Below, in pieces: positions 10,951 to 21,560 of a DNA stretch of 64,000 nt. Position 1 is the stretch's first letter. Each line of letters opens with the position of its first letter. The stretch comes from an uncultured Pseudomonadota bacterium (GTDB taxonomy: Bacteria > Myxococcota_A > Polyangia > Fen-1088): positions 310,952-374,951 of the forward strand of contig CAWHRJ010000007.1 in assembly GCA_963831685.1 (NCBI GenBank), written 5' to 3'. The position numbers and the translations under genes are program-made. Under the pieces are notes generated by a model. That model was given only the letters and a program-made list of their open reading frames with translations. It had not been told where the DNA came from and ran no database searches.

Positions 10951-11095
10951 CGCGCGTGAACCTTTTTCCGGCGGCGAGGAGCGCCGTTTTCGATTTGGGG
11001 TTGCGCTCCTCGCCGCCGGAAAAAAGTCTCGTGCGGCAGATCGCGGGGTACGAGCGGGCGACGTTCGAGACCGCACGAAGCGGAGTTCACGCGCG
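10951..11095. repeat. Nested inverted-repeat (REP/MITE-like) intergenic element
   Basis: 22-bp perfect inverted repeat 10963-10984 / 11003-11024; outer pair CGCGCGTGAAC 10951-10961 / GTTCACGCGCG 11085-11095; third stem TCGTGCGG / CCGCACGA. Confidence 0.75.
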
Positions 11096-11168
11096 CTCAA
11101 GTCGTCCAAGGCGCTGGTGAATAGAGGGGACGCGGGCCGTTAGGCCCGTCGGCCGGCCGCCCCGCCCG

Positions 11169-12005
11169 CTAGTAAAAGTTCAACGCGAAGTTGAGCAGCG
11201 ACCAGTTGCTCCAGTTCTGGTCCGTGCCGTTGCTGTTGAGGTGGGCGCCGGTGATCGTCGCCTCGATGTCGAACGACCAGTTCCACGCCTGCACCAGCTC
11301 GTACCCGAGGCCCCCCATCGCCGCCGCGCCCCACTGGGTCGCCAGGCTGTCCTGACTGAAGCCCGCGAATCCGAAACCGCCCTTGATGAAGAAGCGCTGA
11401 GTACAGAAGATCTGCAACGCGACCAGATTCGCGGTCTGCATGACCGACGACGAGCCGTAGTTCGCCGCCGTGCCCTCCACGTCCCACAGCAAGAGGAGGC
11501 CGGGGCGCAGCCCGAACCCGAGACGGAACGTGTAGGAGAGCCCATCCCGGTGGACGCCTCTGTTGTTGCTGTTGTTCTCGTCGTCGAAGATGAGGCCGCC
11601 GAATCCGATGCCGCCGCCGAGCGTGAAGGGACGGTTGAGCAGGTCGCGCTGCGGAGCCGGGTAGCTGTAGTACGGGGCGGCGGGCGCATATCGGTACGGC
11701 GGCGGGGGCGCGTACCGGTAGTACGGCCGGTAAACCGGCGGCGGATAGACGGGCGGCGGCGGGCCGTACGCGGGGGGCGCGCCGTACGACGGCGGCGGTG
11801 CCGGCGCCACGTAGCCCGGCGGAGGCGCGTAGGCGGGCGGCATCTCCGGAACCGACGGCGCGGGCGCCGGAGCCGGAGCGGGCGGAGCGGGCGGGGGCGC
11901 CGGGGGCGGGGGCTGAGCCTCGGGCCCCGCGGGCGCGATCTGTTGCGCGTGCGCCGCAGCGGTGTGAAGCAGAAGAACAGTGAAACCAATAAGGAGCTTC
12001 TTCAT
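11169..12005 (-). CDS. Pro/Tyr-rich outer-membrane beta-barrel protein
   Basis: Signal peptide MKKLLIGF...AHA, PPPGY-rich linker, amphipathic beta strands, C-terminal FALNFY. Confidence 0.75.
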   Translation of the reverse strand: MKKLLIGFTVLLLHTAAAHAQQIAPAGPEAQPPPPAPPPAPPAPAPAPAPSVPEMPPAYAPPPGYVAPAPPPSYGAPPAYGPPPPVYPPPVYRPYYRYAPPPPYRYAPAAPYYSYPAPQRDLLNRPFTLGGGIGFGGLIFDDENNSNNRGVHRDGLSYTFRLGFGLRPGLLLLWDVEGTAANYGSSSVMQTANLVALQIFCTQRFFIKGGFGFAGFSQDSLATQWGAAAMGGLGYELVQAWNWSFDIEATITGAHLNSNGTDQNWSNWSLLNFALNFY

Positions 12006-12050
12006 GATGCTGACCCCGACCGACTTATGAGTGGCCATACCGCTCACGAT

Positions 12051-12066
12051 TGCAAATGGGGCGCCA
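12051..12066 (-). promoter_or_regulatory. Putative sigma54 (-24/-12) promoter
   Basis: The minus strand reads TGGCGCCCCATTTGCA (GG-N10-GC), about 45 bp upstream of ATG 12005. Confidence 0.6.
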
Positions 12067-12069
12067 GCC

Positions 12070-13131
12070 TTAAAACTTGCGCAGCGGCGGCTCGCCGGGC
12101 GTGAGCGCCGGCGGTTCGTGCGACGGGATGCGGCGGACGCGCGCGAGCGCCGCGTCGGGCGTCTTCACCTTCTTGATCAGCACTGGCACCCGTATCCCGG
12201 ATTGCAGCGTTCGCCGGTGCGGTGGGTCACGGCCCGACGCCGAGCGCGCGGTCGGATCGAGCCGTCGCGACAGCCGGCCGACGACCTCGATCGACGTCGC
12301 CCGGCAGGATGTCGATCTCCGAGGCCCACAGCTCCGTCTGATCGATGCGGAGGCGGGTCAGGAACGGATGCTCGATCTCGAGCAGCGTCGTGCTGTGGAA
12401 CTGGACCCGCTCTTCGTTGGGGAACGGATCGAGCAGCATGCCGCCCGCGACCTCGATCCAGATCGGCTCGTCGGACCCGTCGTCGAGCAGGAAGTCGAAG
12501 GCGGTCTCGTGGAAGAAGCTGCGCGTGAACCAGGTGCCACGCCGGAAGCGCGTCAGTGACCAGACCGACGGCTCGGCCGTCGAGCGCCGAGGCGGCCGTG
12601 CGCCGCGCGATGACCACGCCGCGCACGGCGACCGAGCGCGCGTCGGGAATCTTCCGCAGCTCGGCGATCCGGTGGAGGCGCCGTCGGGCGATGAGACGGT
12701 GCATCCGGTTGGCGATCCGCACGCCCAGAGGACCCCAGGCGGCGGAGAGCGCCGTCGCCGCTCCGGCCGCCGCCGCCGCGACGCCGAGATCGTTGGCCGC
12801 GATGGCGAGCACGCCCCAGGCCGCCAGCGCCGCGGCTGCCGTCGAGGTCGCGGCGGTCGCGAAGCGAACGCCGCGCGGGAACGAGATCCAGCGCGCGACG
12901 ACCCCGCCCGTGCGGGCGAGCGCGACCTCCTCGTCGCCTTCGCCGGCGTCGGCCCGGTGCCGGGAAAAGCCATCCACGAAGCGAGCCATCGCCGCCGCCA
13001 GGCGGGCTCGACCCAGCCACCGACGCCCGCGCGCGGCGGCTCGCCGCCGCTTTGTCCGCGCGCCCCACGCTGGCGCCGTCCCATTCGGCGATGAGATCGC
13101 GCTCGATCGCGGTCAGGTCGCGCTCCGACAT
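12070..13131 (-). CDS. Membrane protein with GIDE-like C-terminal domain; frame breaks
   Basis: Two hydrophobic helices, then VAVRGVV...ASALDGR.V...FDFLLDDGSDEPIWIEV...EIDILPGD(V)IEVVG, pieced from ORFs 12177..12989 and 12227..13084. Confidence 0.5.
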
Positions 13132-13251
13132 CTCGGAGCCCCTCTACCAGTAACTAAGGTCAATTTTCACACGGACCAACGCCCAGATTCACCTGATAGC
13201 GCACCTGATACGAGCGAAGGTCCCCGCGGCGAGCTTCTCCTTTGCGGTACA

Positions 13252-15100
13252 ATGGCCCGTTGCTCGATGCCCAGACACCGATGGCCTGCGCGGGCCGATC
13301 GACGTCCTTCGCAACGCCGCGCGCGGGGGACAGGAGCGCTTCCTCGTCGCGCTCGCCGACCGCCGCGGAGCGGCAGCGCATCGCGGCGCGCTGACGAGCG
13401 AGGGCTTCGTGCTGGAGGTCGAGTCGACTCTCCGACGCGCTCGCGCGGCTGGCCGACGAGTCGTTCGACCTCGGCGTCCTCGACGTGCCCGAGCGGCTCG
13501 AGCGGGACGAACGGCGGGCGCGATCCGCTGGCCGCCTCGCGCGAGCTGCGCCCCTTCACCGACGTCGTGCTCATCAGCCGAGAGCGATCCGATGCGCTGC
13601 GGCGCACGCGTTCGGGCGCGAGGTCGCGGCGGTGCTGCCGCGCCCGCTGCCCGAGGTCGACGCGCTGCTGCGCGCGCACGTCAAGCGGCTGGCCGGGTTC
13701 CGGCGCTCGCGCACGCGCGGGCTGCTGGTGCTGAACGCCTTCGCCGGCATCCGCGCCGAGCTTGCGGCGGCGCGACGCCGCGCTCGCGGCGGCGCTCGAG
13801 GCTCTGGTCGCGCGACGCGCGGCGCGACCCGTCGATCGTCGTGCTGGGCGACGCCGAGCTGGCGCGCGCCGCCGGGCGCGCGGGCCGACGAGGCGCACCC
13901 CGACGCCGTCGGTGGTCGCTGTCCCGGCCGACGCGACGACTCGACGCGCGCCTCGCCGAGGCGCGCGCGCGCGCGCCCGGGCGCCGCCGTGATCGTCGTC
14001 GACGCCGCCCCCTCGACCGAGCGGCTGCGCGACGCGCATCTACGGCGGCGCGCGCGCCTACCTGCCGCGCGCTCGGCGCTGCGACCTTCTGGGCCGGGTG
14101 GCCGCCGTCGGCGGCGCGCGCGGCGCCACGGCGAGGCGCTCGGCGTGCGCATCGTCGAGGCGCTCGCGCGCCACGGCGTCCTCATCGGGCCACCGAGCGC
14201 ACCCGCCACCCGACGCCGCCACCGCGACATCGACGTCCGCCTCATCGCCGACGACCACGACGCCGCGCGCCGCACACGCCGGTCGTCCCCACGGGCCACG
14301 AGGTGCTGGTCGTCGACGACGAGGCGGTCGTGCTGACCGTGCTGCGCGAGGCGCTGCGGCGCGGCGGCTACCGCGTGACCACCGCCGCCTCCGCCGAAGA
14401 GGCGATCGATCTCATGCACAAGCGCCGCTTCGATCTCGTGCTGACCGACAAGAACCTGCCCGGCGCGTCGGGGCTCGACGTGCTGCGCGCCGCGCGCACG
14501 CTGACGCCCGTCGCCGGCGATCGTGCTCATCACCGGCTACAGCTCGTACGACTCGGCGCGTCGAGGCGCTGGACATCGGCGCGCACGACTACATCGAGAA
14601 GCCCATCCGCGACGTCGAGGACCTGCGCTTCCGGATCCGGCGCGCGCTCTCGCGGCGCGACGAGCAGCTCGCGCGCCCCAAGCCGAAGCCACCGGATCGC
14701 GAAGCCCGGGCGACGCGCGGGCCGCGTGCTGCTGGTCGAGGTCGAGGGCGCGCGGCGGCAGCTCATCGCCGACTACCTCGGCAAGCGGCACCACGTGACG
14801 GCCGCCAAGGACGGCGACGAGGCGCTGACGCTGCTCAAGCGCGAGTCACTTCGACCTGGTGCTCGCCGATCGCCACCTGCCCGGCGCGTCCGGGCTGCGC
14901 GTCATCGAGCACGCGCAGCGGCTGCTGCCCGCACTGCGCGTCGGTGCTCTACACGGCCTACCCGTCCTACGACTCCGTGAAGGAGGCGTTCGCGACCGGC
15001 GTCGACGCGTACCTGGTGCGGCCGAGCGAGGATCTGAAGAAGCTGGCGCGAGAAGGTCGCGGAAGCGCTCGGCGGACGGGGCGGAATCCTGTTAGGGTGA
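13252..15100 (+). CDS. Multi-receiver-domain response regulator; many frame breaks
   Basis: At least two clear REC domains (VLVVDDEAVV...FDLVLTDKNLPG...ITGY...KP; VLLVEVE...DLVLADRHLPG...YTAYP) plus degenerate N-terminal REC-like segments. Confidence 0.7.
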
Positions 15101-15119
15101 AGGCAAGCACAGGACCCCC

Positions 15120-17400
15120 ATGCGCATCGCGTTCACGCACAACCTGCGGCTCACCGACAGCGAGGAAGAGGCGGAGTTCGACAGCGCCGAGACCGTCGCA
15201 CGCCATCGCCGACGGCCTGCGCGCCGGCGGGCACGAGGTCGAGAAGATCGAGGTCACCGGACCCGCGTCGCGGCTGGCGGCGCGCATCGAGATCGTACGG
15301 CCCCGACCTGATCTTCAACACCGCCGAGGGCCGGCGCGGGCGCGCGCGCGAGGCGTTCTACCCGGCGCTGTTCGAGGAGCTCGGCTTCCCGTACACCGGC
15401 TCGGACGCCTACGTCCTGACGGTGACGCTCGACAAGTGGCTGACCAAGCTGGTGCTCGCGCAGCGCGGGATCGACACGCCGCGCGGGCGGCTGGTGACGC
15501 CCGACGAGTACAAGCGGCTGCAAGGATCCGGGCACGCTGGGGCTGGCGCTGCCGGTGATCGTCAAGCCGAACTACGAGGGCTCGTCGAAGGGCATCGGCG
15601 ACGACGCGGTCGTGCGCGACGCGAAGACGCTCGCCGAGGTGCTGCCGCGCGCGCTGCGCGCCTACCCGACCGGCGTCCTGGTCGAGGAGTTCGTGCGCCG
15701 GCACCGACGTGACCGTGCCGTTTCTCGAGGGCCGCGGCGACGAGGGCGTGCTGCTGCCGGTCGACTACCTCGTCGACCCGCCGGCGCCGCAGCCGCTTCA
15801 ACCTCTACGACTACCGCCTCAAGTCGGCCGAGGCGAACAAGGTGCCGGTGCGCTGCCCGCCCGATCTGCCGCGCGACGTGATCTCGCGGCTGCGCGCGAT
15901 CTCGAAGATGGCGGCGCGCACGCTCGGCATCCGCGACGTCGGGCGCGATCGACTTCCGCCTCGGCGAGGACGGGCGCATCTACCTGCTCGAGGTCAACGC
16001 GCTGCCGTCGCTCGAGCACGGGCGCGAGCCTGTTCGCGGCGGCCGGCGCGCGAGGGGCTCGACTACGACGAGACGCTGCAGTCGATCGTCGAGAGCGCGG
16101 CGCGCCGGCAGGGTCTGGTGGTCAAGCCGGGCGCGCGCCGGCGCCGGCCCGCCGAGCCGCTGCGCATCGGCTTCACGTTCAACGTCAAGCGCGTCGACTC
16201 GAAGGGCGGCAACGACGCCGAGGCCGAGTACGACGCGCCCGAGACGATCGACGCGATCCGCGAGGCGCTCGAGAGCTACGGCCACCAGGTGCGTGCCGTT
16301 CGAGGCGACGGCCGAGCTGCCGCGCCAGCTGATGGAGACGCCGGTCGATCTGGTCTTCAACATCGCCGAGGGCGTCGCGGGCCGCAACCGCGAGGCGGCG
16401 GTGCCGGCGCTGTGCGAGCTGATGGGCATCCCCTACACGGGCTCGGACGCGGCGACGCTGTCGATCGCGCTCGACAAGGCGCTGTCGAAGCGCGTGCTCA
16501 TGCAGCACGGGATCCTGACGGCCGAGTTCCAGGTCATGGAGACGGGCCGCGAGCGCCTGTCGCCCAAGCTGAAGTTCCCGCTCATCGTCAAGCCGAACCA
16601 GGAGGGCTCGTCGAAGGGCGTGAGCGCGTCGGCGTCGGTCGTCGACGACGAGGAGAGCCTGCGCGCGGTCGTGCGCGAGCTCATCGAGCGCTACCGCCAG
16701 CCGGCGCTCATCGAGGTCTACATCCCGGGGCGCGAGTTCACCGTCGGGCTGCTCGGCGATCGGCGCCCGCGCGTGCTGCCGCCGATGGAGATCCTGTTCA
16801 AGGACAAGACGAACCAGCGGCCGGTCTACGACTTCCAGATCAAGCAGGAGTGGGAGAAGCACGTCCAGCTACCAGTGCCCGGCGAAGCTCTCGCCGGCCG
16901 AGCTCAAGGCGATCGAGCGCGTCTGCCGCGAGACGTTCGCCGCGCTCGACTGCCGCGACGTCGCGCGCGTCGACCTGCGCCTGACGCCCAAGGGCGAGTT
17001 CTACGTCATCGAGGTGAACCCGCTGCCGGGGCTGACGCCCGGCTACTCCGACCTCTGCCTCATCGCGACGGCGGCCGGGCATCGAGTACCGCACGCTCAT
17101 CGGCGAGATCCTCGAGGGCGGCCTCAAGCGCCTGCGCGAGAAGCGGCGCGAGGCGCGACCGAGGCGCGCGGCGAAGCGAACCGGACGCCATGAAGCCGGA
17201 AGGCAAGCCCGAGGGCAAGCCGGAGGGCAAGACCGAGAGTAAGACCGCAGCGACGCCGCCGCCGCTGCCAGCAACGGCAACGGCAACGGAACGGGAACGG
17301 ACACGGCAACGGCGCGGCGTCCGGCAACGGCGGTGCCGAGAAGACGCCGGGGCCCGCCGTCGCGCCCGGCGTCCCGCCGTCGACGCCGGCTCCGGAATGA
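15120..17400 (+). CDS. Tandem (two-domain) D-Ala-D-Ala-ligase-like ATP-grasp enzyme; frame breaks
   Basis: Two copies of FNxAEG...PYTGSD...LDK...VKPNxEGSSKG...R.DFR/DLR...EVNxLP; low-complexity tail (KPEG)n; ATGA overlap with the next gene. Confidence 0.85.
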
Positions 17401-18530
17401 GAACGCGACTCCGCGATCTCGGCTTCTCCATCGGGCGCTTCCCGGTCGGGCCGTGGAACGCGATCACCGACGTCGCCGGCGTCCGCGTCGGCCACACGAC
17501 GCTCGTCGACGGCGACGGCCCGCTCGAGGTCGGCAAGGGCCCCGTGCGCACGGGCGTCACGGCCATCGTGCCCCACGCCGACGTGTTCGAGAACCGCGTG
17601 CGTCGCCGGCGGCTTCGTGCTCAACGGCGCGGGCGAGGTCTCGGGCCTCACCCAGGTCGCCGAGTGGGGCCTGCTCGAGACGCCGATCCTGCTCACCAAC
17701 ACGATGGCGGTCGGCAAGGTCTCCGACGCCGGCGGTCAAGTGGATGACGCAAGAAGTGGCCCAAGATCGGCAACGAGGACGACGTCGTCATCCCGCTCGT
17801 CGGCGAGTGCGACGACTCGTGGCTCAACGACGCCGTCGGGCGCCACGTCCGCTCGGAGCACGTCTACCGCGCCATCGAGCAGGCGGCGGGCGGCCCCGTC
17901 GCCGAGGGCTCGGTCGGCGCGGGCACCGGGCTCATCACCTGCGACTTCAAGGCGGGCATCGGCACGCAGCTCGCGCCGCGTGGACGATCGAGGGGAACGA
18001 CCTACACGGTCGGCGTCCTGGTGCAGTCGAACTTCGGCGTCATGCGCTCGCTGCGCGTCGACGGCGCGCCCGTCGGCGAGGTGCTCGAGCCGGAGTTCGC
18101 GGCCCCGCGCCGCGAGCGCAACGCCGGCTCGATCATCACCGATCATCGCGACCGACGCGCCGCTGCTGTCGTCGCAGCTCGTGCGCCTGTGCAAGCGCGC
18201 CGCGCTCGGCATCGGCCGCGTGCGGCTCGTTCGCGGCGCACGGCTCGGGCGAGATCATCGTCGCCTTCTCGACCGCCAACATCGTGCCGCGCGCAGACCA
18301 CGCGGATGACGGCGACGCTCGAGGTGCTGCTCGACGAGGCCTGCGACCCGCTCTACGAGGCGGTCGTCGAGTGCACCGAGGAGGCGATCGTCAACGCGCT
18401 GTGCATGGCCGACGAGATGCGCGGGCCAGCGGGCCACGTCGCGCCCGCGCTGCCGCTCGACCGGCTCGCGGAGATCCTGCGACCGGTACCGCCAGGCCTT
18501 CCGGCCCGCCGGGTCTCGCGCGAGCACTGA
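17397..18530 (+). CDS. DmpA-like (P1/S58 family) aminopeptidase; frame breaks
   Basis: RLRDLG...NAITDVAGVRVGH...RTGVTAI, LNGAGEVSG, PILLTNT, PLVGECDDSWLND, EGSVGAGTG, NAG/SII autoprocessing site, TEEAIVNAL. Confidence 0.9.
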
Positions 18531-18532
18531 CC

Positions 18533-19575
18533 ATGCGCATCTGTTTCGTCGTCGCCGACGTGCGCGCGACAGCAGCCGACCTTCGCGGCGATCTACCTGG
18601 CGCTCGCGGCGCACCGCCGCGGCCACGACGTGCGGTTCGTCTCCGTCGACGACCTGTCGTTTCTCGACGACAACAACGTGCTGGCGATGACGACGCGCGT
18701 GCGCGCCGGCGACTACCCGGACGCCCGCCGACTACGCGCGCGCGCTCGCCTCCGACGAGGCCGTCGTCGAGGAGGACACGCTCGGCAGCTTCGACGTCGT
18801 CTTCCTGCGCTACAACCCGATCCGCGAGGGCGGCCGGACGGGCCGGCGCGCCGCTCATCGACTTCGGCTGGCGTCTGCGGCTCGCCGGCACGCTGGTCGT
18901 CAACGACCCCGAGGGCCTGCGCCGCGCCGGCAGCCGCATGTACCTGCCGACTTCCCGGCCGACGTCCGCACGCGCACGCTGGTGTCGCGCTCGAAGCGCG
19001 CGGCTGCAAGGAGTTCGTGCGCGCGCTCGACGGGCCCGCGGTGCTCAAGCCGCTCGCGCCGCGCGGCGACGAGAACGTCTTCTACCTGCGCCGCCGCCAG
19101 GTCTCGAACCTGAACCAGATCATCACGACCGTCACCAAGGACGGCTACGCCGTCGCGCAGGAGTATCTGCCCGAGATCGAGCAGGGCGAGAAGCGCCTGC
19201 TCTTGCTCAACGCCGAGCCGATCCGCGACGGCGACCGCGTCGCGATCTACCGCCGCCGCGCCGCGCTGGCCCCGGGCGGCGCCCGCGGCCGGCGGCCCGG
19301 CGCGCGGCAAGTGCGAGCTTCGGCCCCGTCGAGGCGCGCATCTGCGACATCCTGCGCCCGAAGCTGCTCGCCGACGGCCTGTACTTCGTGGCGTCGACAT
19401 CGTGGGCGACAAGATCCTCGAGCTCAACGTCTTCACGCCCGGCGGCATCCACTCGATCCACGAGCTCTACGGCATCGACGTCGCCGACATCGTGATCCGC
19501 GACCTCGAGCGCCGCGTGCGCCTGCGCGCCGCCTACCGCACGACGTTCGATCCCGAGGCGGCCGACGTGGTGTAA
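18533..19575 (+). CDS. Glutathione-synthetase (GshB)-like ATP-grasp ligase; frame breaks
   Basis: MRICFVVAD...DVVFLRYNP...LVVNDPEGLRRAGS..Y...VLKPL...AQEYLPEIEQGEKRLLLLN...DGLYFV.DIVGDKILELNVFTPGG. Confidence 0.8.
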
Positions 19576-19587
19576 CCTGGAAGGGCG

Positions 19588-20799
19588 ATGGACGAACAGG
19601 ATCCGCCGTCTTCCAACGGACCGTCGGACGTCCCGCGGCGGCGCACGGAGGAGCTGTCGGTCCCGACGCCGGTCATCCCGCCCGGGCCGATCGTCACGCT
19701 GTCGCCCGAGGAGATCGCGCGCTTCTTCGTGCGCGCGCGCCGCGACCAGGACACCGAGCACTGGGACGTGCGCCTCGACGCCGCGCTGCGCGAGATCCTC
19801 GAGCGCGCCAACGACTTCGTGCCGTCGGAGTCGGGCGGCATCCTGCTCGACGATCCGCGCGCCAAGCTCGCGGGCGCGCCCGCGCCGCGCCTGACCTTCA
19901 TCGCGGCGTTCGGCCCCGGCTCGCAGAACGTGGTGGGCAAGCGCATCCCCAGCGACCGCGGCTTCGCCGGGCCGCGTCTACGGCGCCGGCCGCCCCGCGC
20001 AGACCGATCACCTCGACCCCGACGACCCGATGCTCGGCGCTGACCTCGGCGCACGGCTCGCATCCGCTCGCTCGTCGGCGTGCCGATCGTCGTCGGCGAA
20101 TCGATCTGCGGCATGCTCGAGCTCGCCAACCGGCGCCTCGGGCGGCGCCCTACACGCCGCGCGACCGGGAGCTCCTGCGCATCTTCGCGGCGTACATGTC
20201 GTCGTCGATCCAGAACGCGCTCGACGCCATCCGCGCGCGCGCGCTGGCGCGCGTCGACGATCTGACGGGCCTCGCCAACAGCCGCTACTTCCACACGCGC
20301 CTCGACGAGGAGATCGCGCGCGCCGACCACGACGGCACCGAGCTGTCGATGCTGTTCATCGACCTCGATCGCTTCAAGGAGGTCAACGACTGCTACGGCC
20401 ACCTGGCGGGGAGCTGGACGCTGCAGAAGGTGGGGCGCCTGCTTGGCCGAGAACGCGCCGCCGGGCGCGCTGGTCGGGCGCTATGGCGGCGACGAGTTCG
20501 TCGTGCTCCTGCCGGGCGCCGACCTGGCGCGCGGGGCGCAGACCGCCGAGACGCTGCGCAAGGCGATCGCCGACGCGATCTTCTTCGACCTGCAGCCGGA
20601 GAACCGGCGCACGCCGCCACCGCAGCCGCCCCCGCGCATCACGGCGTCGATCGGGATCTCGTCCTACCGCGACCACCTGGCGCCGGGGGGCACGCAGCGG
20701 CGGCGGGAGAGCACGCTCTTGCGCCTGGCCGATTCGGCGATGTACCGGGCCAAGGCGGCCGGCCGCAACCGGATCGAGATCGCCGACCCGGAGGACTAG
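19588..20799 (+). CDS. GAF-sensor diguanylate cyclase; frame breaks
   Basis: GAF segment followed by DDLTGLANSRYF...LFIDLDRFKEVNDCYGHLAG...GRYGGDEF...ITASIG...ADSAMYRAKAAGRN. Confidence 0.9.
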
Positions 20800-20801
20800 G
20801 C

Positions 20802-21281
20802 GTGGCGACGGTCGTCCGCCCTGCCCGCCCAGACGATCTGCCGGCGGTCTCGCGCCTGGCGGCCGAGCTGGTGCGCCTGCACCACCGGCTCGACCCGCCG
20901 CGCTTCCTGCTCGTCGAGCCGATCGAGGACGGCTACCAGTGGTTCTTCACCCGCGAGCTCGAGCGCGACGGCGCCCTCATCCTGGTCGCCGAGGATTCCA
21001 CCGACGGCCGCCTGCTCGGCTACGCCTACGGGACGCTCGAGGCGCGCAACTGGAACGATCTCCTCGAGGCCTGCGGCAAGCTCAACGACCTCTACGTCGA
21101 CGGGACCGCGCGGCGGCGGGGCGCGGGGCGCGCCCTGGTGGACGCGATGTTCGCCGCCCTCAGGGCACGGGGCGCGCCGCGCGTCGTCCTGCTCTCGGCC
21201 TGGCGCAACCCCGAGGCCCACGCCTTCTTCGAGGCGCTCGGCTTCCGGCGCACGATGCTGGAGATGACGGCGGAGCTTTAG
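20802..21281 (+). CDS. GNAT family N-acetyltransferase
   Basis: VRPARPDD..., LNDLYVDGTARRRGAGRALV (acetyl-CoA motif A), NPEAHAFFEALGF. Confidence 0.9.
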   Translation: MATVVRPARPDDLPAVSRLAAELVRLHHRLDPPRFLLVEPIEDGYQWFFTRELERDGALILVAEDSTDGRLLGYAYGTLEARNWNDLLEACGKLNDLYVDGTARRRGAGRALVDAMFAALRARGAPRVVLLSAWRNPEAHAFFEALGFRRTMLEMTAEL

Positions 21282-21560
21282 GCACCTATCGGATGGCGAA
21301 CCCGAGCAGCACGAGGGCGCGGTCGACCTCGCGGGCGACCCCACCGTCGCGGCTGTGGCCCACGGCGTGCGGCGCCGACCGCACGAGTCGCCGCTTCCGC
21401 GCACCGAGCGGGGAGACTGTCGTCTTCTTCACAACGAGGACAGTATAGGGAGCATCCGTACCTCGATCCAGGTGTCGAGCCGCCCGAACAACGACCTGGT
21501 CTTCAGCTGAGCAAACCGAGGAGCGAGGCGGCCGAGGTGATCGTCCGCCTGCACACCCGG

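Noticed and set aside
5850-20460. Pseudogene cluster or programmed frameshifting
   Set aside because: The breaks are scattered single-base indels with intact catalytic motifs and no slippery-site pattern; sequencing error is more parsimonious.
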